Made by a program: the position numbers and the translations under genes
Assembly (NCBI GenBank): GCA_021846795.1
Contig: JAJZWG010000001.1
Coordinates: forward strand, 1-45,371
Origin: a bacterium
Lineage (GTDB): Bacteria > Patescibacteriota > Saccharimonadia > Saccharimonadales > UBA4665
DNA length: 45,371 bases
Reading direction: 5' to 3'
Shown here: in pieces, positions 34,907 through 44,429 of the stretch
Layout: each line of letters begins with the position of its first letter
Position numbering within the stretch: position 1 is the first letter of the stretch
The notes under the pieces: model-generated
Told to the model about the DNA's origin: nothing
Database searches by the model: none
Seen by the model: only the letters and a program-made list of their open reading frames with translations

Positions 34907-36220
34907 ATGCACGTATTTTTTTCTGGTATAGGTGGAACTGGTATTGGTCCAATTGCTCAAATAGCTTATCAAGCCGGTTTTGATGTTAGTGGATCAGATA
35001 AAAGAAATTCAAATTATATTCAATATCTTAAAAAACAAGGTTTAAAAAATATAAATATCGGTCAAGAAAAAAAATTTATAGCTAAAATTCATCAAAAAAA
35101 TCCAATTGATTGGTTTGTTTATAGTTCAGCCATTCAGTTTGAAAATCAAAACTCTGAAGAAATAATATTTTGTCAAAATAATCAGATTAAAACATCAAAA
35201 AGAGATTTATTTGTCAATTATTTTATCAATCAACATCAGTTAAAAATGATAGCAATTGCTGGCACTCACGGTAAAACCACCTTAACGGCTATGGTAGTTT
35301 ATCTTTTTAAATCTTTAAATATACCCCTAACCTATATACTGCCCGCTAAAACATCATTTGGGCAAATGGGTGAATACAATCCCAAAAGTGCTTATTTTGT
35401 CTATGAAGCCGATGAATTTGATAGAAATTTTTTATCCTTTAAACCATTTTAAAGCATTATTAGTGGTTTAGCTTATGATCATCAAGAGATTTATCCTACT
35501 CATCAAGATTATCTTAAAGCTTTCGCTGATTTTATTAATCAAAGTCATCAAACTATTTTATATCAACGAGAATTAAATTTATTTCAACCCAATTCATTAA
35601 ACAATATTATTGTTTTCGATGAAAACCATTCTTTAATCAATAAAATAAATCTGCTAGGTAAATACAATCGTCAAGATGCCTATTTAGCTTTTCAAGCTTT
35701 ATTACAAATAAAACCAGAATTAACTATTGATCAACTAACAACTTTAATTAATAATTTTCCAGGTTTATCAAGAAGAATGGAAAAAATTACCACTAATCTC
35801 TATAGTGATTATGCTCATACACCAGAAAAAATTAAAGCAGCACTTAATGTTACCGAAGAGCTTTCTAAAGAACTAGTAAAATATCATCAAAATAGTGGCA
35901 AAATTATTATAATCTATGAGCCGTTAACCAACCGTCGACAACATTATATTAAAGAACAATATAAAAATTTATTTAACAACGTTGATCAACTATACTGGGT
36001 TCCAAGTTATTTAGCCAGAGAAGATCCAGCACAAACTATTTTAAAACCTCAAGACTTAATAAAATATTTATCAAAACCCAATCAAGCTCAATGTCAAAAT
36101 CTTGATAATCAATTAAAAAATAAAATTCAACAACACTTAAAAAATCAGGACTTAGTTATAGCTTTAAGTGGTGGTGGTGGTGATAGTCTTGATGAATGGT
36201 TAAGAAAAAATTTTAACTAA
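34907..36220 (+). pseudogene. murC: MurC-like Mur ligase interrupted by a single in-frame TAA (codon 182)
   Basis: The three pieces (34907-35449, 35453-35776, 35777-36220) share one frame, and only TAA at 35450-35452 interrupts it. N-terminal FFSGIGGTGIGPIAQ..SGSD, P-loop GTHGKTT, then YEADEFDRNFLSFKPF*SIISGLAYDH. By recall this aligns without gaps to E. coli MurC [26 protein letters not shown]. Confidence 0.7.
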
Positions 36221-36233
36221 AATGACTATTATT

Positions 36234-36782
36234 TTACTTAGTTAAAACAAAAATAACTGTGATGATTACCAAAACAATCATAAGACTAATTAAAACAAAC
36301 CAAGTTTTTTTATGATGTGAATTAGATAAAGTATTTTGATTTAATTCATCTTCCAGCATATCCTCCAAAACCAATAAATCATCAGCTTCATTTTTTTCTA
36401 TTTCTTCGATGGTTTGATCATCAATCTCTAAATCATCACCGTTAACTATATTATTGGTTTTAACTATTTCTGGCTTGTCGATAGAATCTTTTAAAATATT
36501 AACTTTAACATCTCGGCTAAAGTCATGATTATCGTTATCGAGTTGATTATTATCTAAAACTAAAATTTTTTCATTCAAATTGGCATTTAAATTATTAATA
36601 ATATTTTCTTTTTTATCATCAATAATTTTTAAATCATCAGATTCAACTGAATTGGTTGATTCATCATCCGGAATCTCAATACTCATCATTTTATCAATTT
36701 TTTTTTCTAGATCTCGATTGATTTGATTATAACTATTAACAACTTTATTTCTTTTCATTGTACTTATAAATAAGCATAACAA
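36234..36782 (-). CDS. Acidic protein with a C-terminal TM anchor, unknown function
   Basis: 182 aa, D/E/N-rich, ending WFVLISLMIVLVIITVIFVLTK. Confidence 0.45.
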   Translation of the reverse strand: MLCLFISTMKRNKVVNSYNQINRDLEKKIDKMMSIEIPDDESTNSVESDDLKIIDDKKENIINNLNANLNEKILVLDNNQLDNDNHDFSRDVKVNILKDSIDKPEIVKTNNIVNGDDLEIDDQTIEEIEKNEADDLLVLEDMLEDELNQNTLSNSHHKKTWFVLISLMIVLVIITVIFVLTK

Positions 36783-36869
36783 TTAAAGTTTAATACTTCA
36801 ATTAAAGTCAAATATTTTAAAATAAACTATAATTGAGTTATAATACTAACTAATAATCAAGGTTTATGT

Positions 36870-37397
36870 ATGAAAATTAAACTATTAAAAATTTCAAAAG
36901 CTCTCGAACCATTTTTTAAAAATTTACCACCCTTTACCGACAAAACTAAAAAATGGTTATATAAATATTTACCAATTATAGCTCTAATTGTTGGCATTTT
37001 ATATGGTTTATCAGCTCTATCTTTCTGGGAAACAGGTCATATGTCAATTATCGGCTCAACCACTTACACTCAAAATGGTTTATCAATTAATCCTGTTTAT
37101 AATTTAAACATATTTTATTATATAGATTTTATTTTATTAATTATTGATACTATTATTTTTATTGCTGCTTATTTTAGTCTAAAAACAAACACCGATAATG
37201 GTTGGTTAACTGCTTTTAGTGGATTATTAATTTATGCATTATACGCTATTATTGGACTTTTTTCTCCAGTTGATGGTGGTTTAGGTAGTTTTATTATTGT
37301 TTTAATATTTTGTTTTATAGGTTTTTATATACTCTATCAAATTAAACCTCTTTACACTGTTAAATTAAAAACTAAAAAAATTAAAAAATCTAAGTAA
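36870..37397 (+). CDS. Membrane protein (4 TM), unknown function
   Basis: 175 aa with four hydrophobic segments and a basic tail. Confidence 0.5.
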   Translation: MKIKLLKISKALEPFFKNLPPFTDKTKKWLYKYLPIIALIVGILYGLSALSFWETGHMSIIGSTTYTQNGLSINPVYNLNIFYYIDFILLIIDTIIFIAAYFSLKTNTDNGWLTAFSGLLIYALYAIIGLFSPVDGGLGSFIIVLIFCFIGFYILYQIKPLYTVKLKTKKIKKSK

Positions 37398-38178
37398 TTT
37401 GAATTGATTCAACTATACCATAAGTTTGTTCGTCAACAATTGATTGATTTACAAAATTGGCATTAACAACCATCGGTTGAACATTGTGACAATTTTTATT
37501 AACACATTGATTGAATGAAATAATGATCAAAGGATTTAATTTTTCCATATCACCAATTGGAATAACTTGTTTGAATTCATAGCCAAAACTACCAGTTAAA
37601 TAAATTGCGTTGAGGCCACCAACAATATTGGTTGATGGATATTGAGCAAAAGATAAATATGTTTGATTGCTCTGAAGACTAGTCGGTTTTTTATATTTTA
37701 CAATTTTAGAATTCAAGACAGCTAAAGAAAAATTACCAAATTGGGGTGGAATAACAGTTTTTTGATTAATCATAATTTCAATTCTACCTTTTACCTGATG
37801 ATGTAAATCATTTAAAATATTGGTAATTGGAGAATTAATTTCAATTAAACCATGATGATTGTTAAAAACTGTCCAATTACTTGGATAACTAAAATTAATA
37901 TTCGAAGAATTTGAAACATATTGTTTTATGGTGGCGGTTTTTATAATGGTATTTTTTTTAATTATTTTTGATTGATTATTAACCAATGTAACTATTAAAC
38001 CTATAAATCCTATAATTAATAATAAACCTATAAATCCTAAAAATAATTTTAATCGTCGTTGTCGTTGTTTTTTTCGTCTATTGTAACGACTATTTGTTAA
38101 ATTGGCATTTGTTAATCTGTCATCTGTTTGATGAATAGCTTCTGGTTTAAAATCTGGCTGATTAAATTGAAAAGACAT
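37390..38178 (-). CDS. N-terminally anchored beta-rich extracytoplasmic protein, unknown function
   Basis: 262 aa with a basic N-terminus, a TM helix (LKLFLGFIGLLLIIGFIGLIVTLV), then NINFSYPSNWTVF... Confidence 0.5.
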   Translation of the reverse strand: MSFQFNQPDFKPEAIHQTDDRLTNANLTNSRYNRRKKQRQRRLKLFLGFIGLLLIIGFIGLIVTLVNNQSKIIKKNTIIKTATIKQYVSNSSNINFSYPSNWTVFNNHHGLIEINSPITNILNDLHHQVKGRIEIMINQKTVIPPQFGNFSLAVLNSKIVKYKKPTSLQSNQTYLSFAQYPSTNIVGGLNAIYLTGSFGYEFKQVIPIGDMEKLNPLIIISFNQCVNKNCHNVQPMVVNANFVNQSIVDEQTYGIVESIQIT

Positions 38179-38219
38179 TTAATTATATTGTAGCAAAAAA
38201 CAATTAAGTATATCTAAAA

Positions 38220-39548
38220 CTAAGGAGCTAAACGATTAATATCTCTTGGAAATAAAATTGCTTCTTTAACATTATGAAGTCCAATAACTTTTTCAGTTAA
38301 TCGATCAATACCAAAACCAAAACCACCATGTGGTGGTAAACCATATTTAAAAGCTGAAACATATGAAGCAAAACCACTGCTATCAGGATCAACGCCAGCT
38401 AATTTCATTTGTTCAACTAAAACTTCATAACGATGTTCTCTTTGTGGTACGGTTGATATTTCGATACCTCGAAATAATAAATCAGCCGATCGAGTTTGGT
38501 TGTTGTCACCCTTCATATGATAAAACTTCATTTTAGATTGTGGTAAACCAGTAGCAAAAACTGCCTCACAATTTAATTTTTTCTTAGCATAATCACAAAT
38601 CCATTTTTCTTCATCTGGCGTTAAATCTAACTCTTGAGAAACATCAACTTTAGTATTTTTTTGATACATTTCGTGAATTTCAGCCATAGTAAAACGAGGA
38701 AACTCTTTTGTTAAAATTAATTCCGGAGCATTTAGTTGTTTTAAAATTTTATTTTCTTTATCGTAAACTTTTACTAAAACACTATACAACATGTCTTGAA
38801 TTAAATTTAAAACGTCGTTGTGTTCGTTTATAAAACCTATTTCAACATCAAGCATAGTGACTTCTGAAACATGACGAGTTGTAGCACTAAGTTCAGCCCT
38901 AAAAGCTGGACCAATTTCAAAAACTCTTTCAAAAACTCCTACCATAATTTGTTTATAAAGTTGCGGGCTTTGTGCTAAAGTTGCTTCTTTACCAAAATAA
39001 TCCAACTTAAAAACTTCTGCGCCACCTTCAGCTGCGCCACCAACTAATTTTGGAGTATTAATTTCTATAAAATCATGTTCAATTAAATAATTACGAATTT
39101 CTCTTAATAAACTAGCTCTAACTCGAAAAATATTAGCTTCATTAATATTTCTTAAACCAATTGCTCGATAATCAAATAAAGTATCTAGATTTTCTGATTT
39201 ATGAGATAAAGGTTTATCTATTTCAATTGGTGGTTCATTTTCAATAGCTACAATTACTTTAATCTCAGGTTGGTGAATTTCATAACCACCCGGTGCTCGA
39301 ACTTCCTTAAAAACAGTCCCCTTAACCTCTAAAACAGTCCCTATCTGTAAACCTCGTAATTTTTCAACTTCAGCTTTTTCTTCAACTACAATTTGAATTA
39401 AACCATGACGATCTCTAAGATTAATAAATGTAATACCACCCAGAATTCTTTTTTTATGAACAAAGCCAGCTACCAAAACTACCCGATCAACATACTTATC
39501 TAATTGATCGGATAAAATTCTACTATCTTCAAGTTGATTATTTTTCAC
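38220..39548 (-). CDS. aspS: Aspartate--tRNA ligase, archaeal/eukaryal type (possibly non-discriminating)
   Basis: 442 aa, class IIb. OB fold at the N-terminus, QSPQLYKQ, motif 2 GPAFRAE...TRH..E, and motif 3 GGFGFGIDRL...FPRD..RLAP. Confidence 0.8.
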   Translation of the reverse strand: MKNNQLEDSRILSDQLDKYVDRVVLVAGFVHKKRILGGITFINLRDRHGLIQIVVEEKAEVEKLRGLQIGTVLEVKGTVFKEVRAPGGYEIHQPEIKVIVAIENEPPIEIDKPLSHKSENLDTLFDYRAIGLRNINEANIFRVRASLLREIRNYLIEHDFIEINTPKLVGGAAEGGAEVFKLDYFGKEATLAQSPQLYKQIMVGVFERVFEIGPAFRAELSATTRHVSEVTMLDVEIGFINEHNDVLNLIQDMLYSVLVKVYDKENKILKQLNAPELILTKEFPRFTMAEIHEMYQKNTKVDVSQELDLTPDEEKWICDYAKKKLNCEAVFATGLPQSKMKFYHMKGDNNQTRSADLLFRGIEISTVPQREHRYEVLVEQMKLAGVDPDSSGFASYVSAFKYGLPPHGGFGFGIDRLTEKVIGLHNVKEAILFPRDINRLAP

Positions 39549-39569
39549 CTGTTAATTTTATCACACACT

Positions 39570-40475
39570 TTAAACTTCTAAAACAAAGATCCAATTAACA
39601 ATATCTCTAAGATAAACTAACCCCAAATAAGCATTGTAGTCGTCTTGAACAATTAAATAATCTTTTTTAGAATGAATAAAATAACTCAGTGTTTCCATTA
39701 AGGAAAAATGATTTGAAATAAACTTAATATTGCTATCCATAAAATCTTCGATATGGCCAGTATTTTTTAAAACAAAGATTTCTTCCGGTACGACACCAAC
39801 TATTTCATTATCTAATGTAACTGGTAAAAACGGGCGATCGGTCTTCTTAACATCATCAATTATAATTGGCGTAATTAAATCTTTTGGTTCAATAACTGGA
39901 TAATAATCTTTATCAATTACAAAACTAGAAACTGAATATTTTTCTAAATTAATTAAATTTTTAATTCTTTTTAAATCTTCTCTTAAAATACGATTATCGT
40001 CTTGGGTTAATTGTCTTTCAATTAATTCATCGACATCATTTAAATCATAAATACCGGTGTGTAATTTTTTTTCTGAGACATCTTTTTTATTTAAAAGTTT
40101 TTTCTTGTTTAATTTATAGGTAATCTTAATAATTAAAGGAAGAAAAATCTTACCTAAAAATCGAATAATTTTACTGACTCGAGATCTGACCAAGCCAACA
40201 AAAACCAAAAATAAAATTACAATTATGACTAAACCATCTAAGGTCGATAATGATTTTATTAAAATAAATATATCTACTGCTGAAAGAATAGCAATTATAA
40301 TATAAAGAGAGGTTTCAACTTGATTTTTAAAAACAACTAATTGTTTTAATTTAATTGACAAAGGGTCGTTACGACGTTTAATTTCTCTTTCAGGTAAATA
40401 ATTAATTAGTTTTATTGTGCTGATCAAACACATAATAATAAAGAGTAGAATAATAATTGTAATCAATAAAAACAT
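39570..40475 (-). CDS. Membrane protein with a C-terminal CBS-pair-like region (CNNM/DUF21-like, tentative)
   Basis: Three or four N-terminal TM segments. The C-terminal LPVTLDNEIVGVVPEEIF and YLIVQDDYNAYLGLVYLRDIVNWIF resemble CBS motifs. Confidence 0.4.
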   Translation of the reverse strand: MFLLITIIILLFIIMCLISTIKLINYLPEREIKRRNDPLSIKLKQLVVFKNQVETSLYIIIAILSAVDIFILIKSLSTLDGLVIIVILFLVFVGLVRSRVSKIIRFLGKIFLPLIIKITYKLNKKKLLNKKDVSEKKLHTGIYDLNDVDELIERQLTQDDNRILREDLKRIKNLINLEKYSVSSFVIDKDYYPVIEPKDLITPIIIDDVKKTDRPFLPVTLDNEIVGVVPEEIFVLKNTGHIEDFMDSNIKFISNHFSLMETLSYFIHSKKDYLIVQDDYNAYLGLVYLRDIVNWIFVLEV

Positions 40476-40665
40476 ATTTAGTTTAATTCTATAATTAAAC
40501 TAAATTTTAATCCAGTCTATGAATTAAATTAAGATAAAGTTTTTCCACTCAAGATTTTGCTTATACACTGGTATGTAATATGTTGCTGTTTTTTCTTGTT
40601 TAATTTTTATTGTCATTTTATGTTTGATATTTATTTATTAATTAAATTATACTAAAAACATAAGC

Positions 40666-41250
40666 TTAAACAAAATCTTGTGGTTTTAAATATAACCAAT
40701 TATCTATAATATATCGTTTAGAACTGTTTAATAAACCTCTAACTGATTGATTTTTTAGAACCTGATTGAAACTAAAATGTTGATTTAAGTTTTCATTTAA
40801 CCAAATTGTATAATTTTTAATCTTTAATTCATGAAAAATTATTTTAAGTTGATTGAGTTGAGCTAAACTGGAAGCATTAACCACAAAATGATTTTTAGAA
40901 AGATACTTTAAGAAAAATTGTTGATGTAAATGTTCAAAAACCACTGCCTCATTAAGCATAATTAAGTTAGCTGAATTGTGATAGTTAATACTATTAATAA
41001 TTTTTTGAATATTTAATATTTTCTGGCTTGCTTCATAGCTTTTCAAAGAATGATGAATCTTAATAGCTTGATCAATTAATTTCATTCGATGAACAATATG
41101 AGTATACTGATTAACGGTTGATGATCTTTCTGGAATTAAAAAAACAGTTTTTAAATGATAATCATCACGAAATTTAATAGCTTGTTCCAAATTGGCTTGA
41201 TTAATTGGATCAAAGGCCGCAAAATAATAACCAATATTTACTTTTGACAT
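40666..41250 (-). CDS. NadD-like nucleotidyltransferase-fold protein with a degenerate HxGH motif
   Basis: IGYYFAAFDPINQANL stands where NadD has GGxFDPxHxGH. The C-terminal LLNSSKRYIIDNWLY resembles the ISST.IR...YI....LY end of NadD. Confidence 0.4.
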   Translation of the reverse strand: MSKVNIGYYFAAFDPINQANLEQAIKFRDDYHLKTVFLIPERSSTVNQYTHIVHRMKLIDQAIKIHHSLKSYEASQKILNIQKIINSINYHNSANLIMLNEAVVFEHLHQQFFLKYLSKNHFVVNASSLAQLNQLKIIFHELKIKNYTIWLNENLNQHFSFNQVLKNQSVRGLLNSSKRYIIDNWLYLKPQDFV

Positions 41251-41274
41251 GTTAATATTTTAACAAAAATAAAA

Positions 41275-41943
41275 CTAGTTTAATCTGAACGAATTAATAA
41301 CTTGATATAAAACACTAAAATTGGGTTGAAGGCTATAAGTAGTAAAGGTGAAAAAAAATCGTTGGGGACCTAGAGTTGGCGATTGTAAAACTATAGTATT
41401 TATTCCAACCGAAGAACCAGTTCCAACCACATCTCTTTCGTAATTACCGCTGTCACATAAAAAATTAACACCCTGCCATCTGGCTGGAATAATCACCGAG
41501 CTAGAATTAGAGTTTGTTTTGGTAAAATTAAGGCAGTTCGAAGACACATTGCCGTTGGCTACCATAGTAGAACCATCAGCTTGAATTGATAATTCTCGAT
41601 TTACCGCCATATTAATCGGTATAATATTCTGATAAATATCCAATACTTCAGCATTAGAAGTGTTAGACTTAAATTGAAATATTTTATAAAGACTAGATTG
41701 AATATTAACCGCCTGCCAAGTTTTTGGTAAAGAAAAACTAAAATTAGGTTCAGTGATTGTTTGACTACTTGAAATAGGCGCTGAATAATATTTAACCACC
41801 GCCTGACTTTGATGAATTATCGTCTTTGAATGAGATAATAATATAACAAAATAAATAATTAAACCGCTAATCACTAAAAATATAACTAATAAAAATATAT
41901 ACCTAGTTTTAGATTTATAAATACGTTTATTGAAACGATACAT
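41275..41943 (-). CDS. N-terminally anchored beta-rich extracytoplasmic protein, unknown function
   Basis: 222 aa with a TM helix (IFLLVIFLVISGLIIYFVILL), then EPNFSFSLPKTWQAV.... Same architecture as 37390-38178. Confidence 0.5.
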   Translation of the reverse strand: MYRFNKRIYKSKTRYIFLLVIFLVISGLIIYFVILLSHSKTIIHQSQAVVKYYSAPISSSQTITEPNFSFSLPKTWQAVNIQSSLYKIFQFKSNTSNAEVLDIYQNIIPINMAVNRELSIQADGSTMVANGNVSSNCLNFTKTNSNSSSVIIPARWQGVNFLCDSGNYERDVVGTGSSVGINTIVLQSPTLGPQRFFFTFTTYSLQPNFSVLYQVINSFRLN

Positions 41944-41964
41944 AAGCTTAATGAGTATTATAAG

Positions 41965-42441
41965 CTAATTACTTAATTCTTTAGCAATATTATGATATCG
42001 ACTAATAAAATTAACGACTGGTTGATCAAGTTTTAATAACCTTAAAAAATCTATGGCTACTTTCATATCGTTTAAATCATGGCTATCAATTGTTCTTTTT
42101 TCCTCTATTTGTGAAAAAATATCATTGATTTTTTCAATTAACCATTTTTCATCTCTAATATTTAATTGATTAGATTTGATGCGAAATTCTGCAACCGAAC
42201 TTGTAACTTCTAATGATCGAGCTGTTTTAAATCTTTTAATTAGCTGGCCTTTTTGAACCAAAATATTAACGTGTTTAGCTACAATCGATACAGAAGAATA
42301 ATTTAAAGCTGTTTTAATTTCACGATAAGTTGGACTATAACCATTTTGTTCAATAAAATCTCTAATAAATACTAATATTTTATTCTGTTGTTTAGTTGGC
42401 AAACTTTTAATTACTCCTTCGGGGCTAATTTGCTCATTCAT
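41965..42441 (-). CDS. LexA-type winged-helix DNA-binding protein lacking the S24 peptidase domain
   Basis: QQNKILVFIRDFIEQNGYSPTYREIKTALNYSSVSIVAKHVNILVQKGQLIKRFKTARSLEV parallels the LexA N-terminal domain. The remaining ~75 aa are helical-looking with no Ser/Lys dyad motifs. Confidence 0.6.
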   Translation of the reverse strand: MNEQISPEGVIKSLPTKQQNKILVFIRDFIEQNGYSPTYREIKTALNYSSVSIVAKHVNILVQKGQLIKRFKTARSLEVTSSVAEFRIKSNQLNIRDEKWLIEKINDIFSQIEEKRTIDSHDLNDMKVAIDFLRLLKLDQPVVNFISRYHNIAKELSN

Positions 42442-42462
42442 AAAATAATTATATAATATCTA

Positions 42463-43059
42463 GTGATGGCTGAACAGGTCGATAGTTTTTATGGTTTACC
42501 GATTTTAAACGATTTAGAAATATCTTATCTTGTTTTTAACGATATAGCTAAGTTGAAAAATAAAATTGAAAGCTACTCGGTTAAACCAAATTTAAGTTTA
42601 TTAATTGACATCATAGTAGATAACTCGATTGATTGTGATTTAGACGAGTTCGATTCTAAAACCAAATTATTTACAAAAGAAACAGCTATTGTTTTTGGTG
42701 TTAAAACTGTTCATTATTTAATGACAGATATCAATAACTCTAGACAAAAAAATTTGAAAGAAAATTTAAATCCTGTGCTTGATTTTTTAAATAATGATCA
42801 GGGTCAAGAATTATTATTCTCAATCGTTAATTACCCTAAGATTCAGGAAGAAAACCAACAAAAACTAATTGATTTTAAAAAATATTACCTAGATTATAAT
42901 CAAAAATTAATTGAAAAAATTGAAAAAATTGGTTATTCAAAATATCATCAAAAAGATTTACAAGATGCCTTTTATGTAGGTGTATTAAATTATCTATCAA
43001 TGTTAATCGATTTATACGTTGATTATAATTTTTATCAAATTATTAATGAAGCTAATTGA
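42463..43059 (+). CDS. Hypothetical cytoplasmic protein
   Basis: 198 aa with no TM segment and no recognisable motif. GTG 42463 or ATG 42466, with TATAAT at 42452-42457. Confidence 0.45.
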   Translation: MMAEQVDSFYGLPILNDLEISYLVFNDIAKLKNKIESYSVKPNLSLLIDIIVDNSIDCDLDEFDSKTKLFTKETAIVFGVKTVHYLMTDINNSRQKNLKENLNPVLDFLNNDQGQELLFSIVNYPKIQEENQQKLIDFKKYYLDYNQKLIEKIEKIGYSKYHQKDLQDAFYVGVLNYLSMLIDLYVDYNFYQIINEAN

Positions 43060-44362
43060 CTTTTGGATTGTTGGTTGGCTTAGCCGCTAATAATAATCCG
43101 ATTGGTATCCATAGAACATAACTAATGGTATCGTCAGCAAATTCTGGTAAAAACAAATTTACTAAACAAATACCCACTAAAGCACAAAATAATATAAAAG
43201 ATAGTTGAGATTGTTTGTTTTGCCATAGACCAATCAAAACATAAATAATAATTAATCCAAACACAAATAAACCTAACCAACCCTGTTCAACCCCAATTTG
43301 TAAATAAAAATTTTCTGAAATTACAGGTGGTTTAAGATTATAAATTGAAGCTGGTCCAGCTGTACCAGTACCGCTACCAAGTGGATTTTGTAAAACATGA
43401 ATTAACCCAGTCTCTAAGGCGTTTAAATGATTACCATCAGAACTTGTAGCTGCAGCTGAATGGCTAGAATAATGAAAAACCAAGTTTTGATAAGTTGTAT
43501 TATTTTTAAAAATTACAAAACTTAAACCAAATAAAACTATTAGACCAAATACCGTCATAATTACTAATTTTCTTAATCGATTACTCGGTAATTTAAAATA
43601 AAAAACCAGAAAGACTGCTAAAGCTGTTCCAAGCCAAGCACTTCTCGAAAAACTAAAGATTAGAGCCATAATTGCCAACATGGCACAAATTACAACCAAT
43701 ATCTTTTTTTTAGAATCATAAAATATAACCGCCAATAATGTAATTGGTAAAATTAAATAAGCCCCAAGTGGATTAGAACCCCTCATAAAAGATATAACTC
43801 GAACAAAGTTACTATTACTATTAATTGTTTGATATGGTTGAATGGTGTGAGAATTATAGCCAAAATAACTTAAAAAATTATGTGGCAAAAAAAAGAACTG
43901 AATAATAGCAAATACCGCTACTACCATAGCTGGCCAGAAAATAAATTTAATTAATTGATTCTCCGATAATTTAATTTTTAAACCAGCTAAATAACTAACC
44001 GAAAAAACTAAGAAAAATCTTAAATCAACAATTAATCCAAATTCTAAAGATTTAGTGGTAACCTGATTAGTGTATTTGGCTATAAAACCGGAAGCAAGTA
44101 CAATAATTGCAAACAAAACAATTAATCTAATAATTGGACTAGCAAAAAATTGTTGTCGAATTCGTTGATCAACTGCTATTAAATAAATTCCGACTATAGT
44201 CAAAAAAAGTAAAATAAATTCTTTATATAATCTGACAAAAGTATAATGACCTACTAAACTGGTCGTAAAAACACTAATAAAGGCATAAAAAGGCATACTA
44301 ACCAATAAAAAAACTAAACCATATTTTAAAATCTTAAAAGATGTGTCTTTTTTTATTATCAT
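43052..44362 (-). CDS. O-antigen ligase-like (Wzy_C family) membrane protein
   Basis: 436 aa with ~11 TM segments, an FSFSRSAWLG motif and an extracytoplasmic loop. Confidence 0.7.
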   Translation of the reverse strand: MIIKKDTSFKILKYGLVFLLVSMPFYAFISVFTTSLVGHYTFVRLYKEFILLFLTIVGIYLIAVDQRIRQQFFASPIIRLIVLFAIIVLASGFIAKYTNQVTTKSLEFGLIVDLRFFLVFSVSYLAGLKIKLSENQLIKFIFWPAMVVAVFAIIQFFFLPHNFLSYFGYNSHTIQPYQTINSNSNFVRVISFMRGSNPLGAYLILPITLLAVIFYDSKKKILVVICAMLAIMALIFSFSRSAWLGTALAVFLVFYFKLPSNRLRKLVIMTVFGLIVLFGLSFVIFKNNTTYQNLVFHYSSHSAAATSSDGNHLNALETGLIHVLQNPLGSGTGTAGPASIYNLKPPVISENFYLQIGVEQGWLGLFVFGLIIIYVLIGLWQNKQSQLSFILFCALVGICLVNLFLPEFADDTISYVLWIPIGLLLAAKPTNNPKVN

Positions 44363-44429
44363 TAATATATTGTAACTAATAATCTGATTCTTTAAAACCT
44401 ACAATAAGGTTTATAATAAAGCTTAAATC

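Noticed and set aside
40476-40665. Small minus-strand ORF (about 29 codons, MTIKIKQEKTATYYIPVYKQNLEWKNFILI) upstream of the CBS-like membrane protein gene
   Set aside because: It has no SD, no -10 at leaderless distance and no hydrophobic or recognisable motif. It is probably chance in AT-rich DNA.
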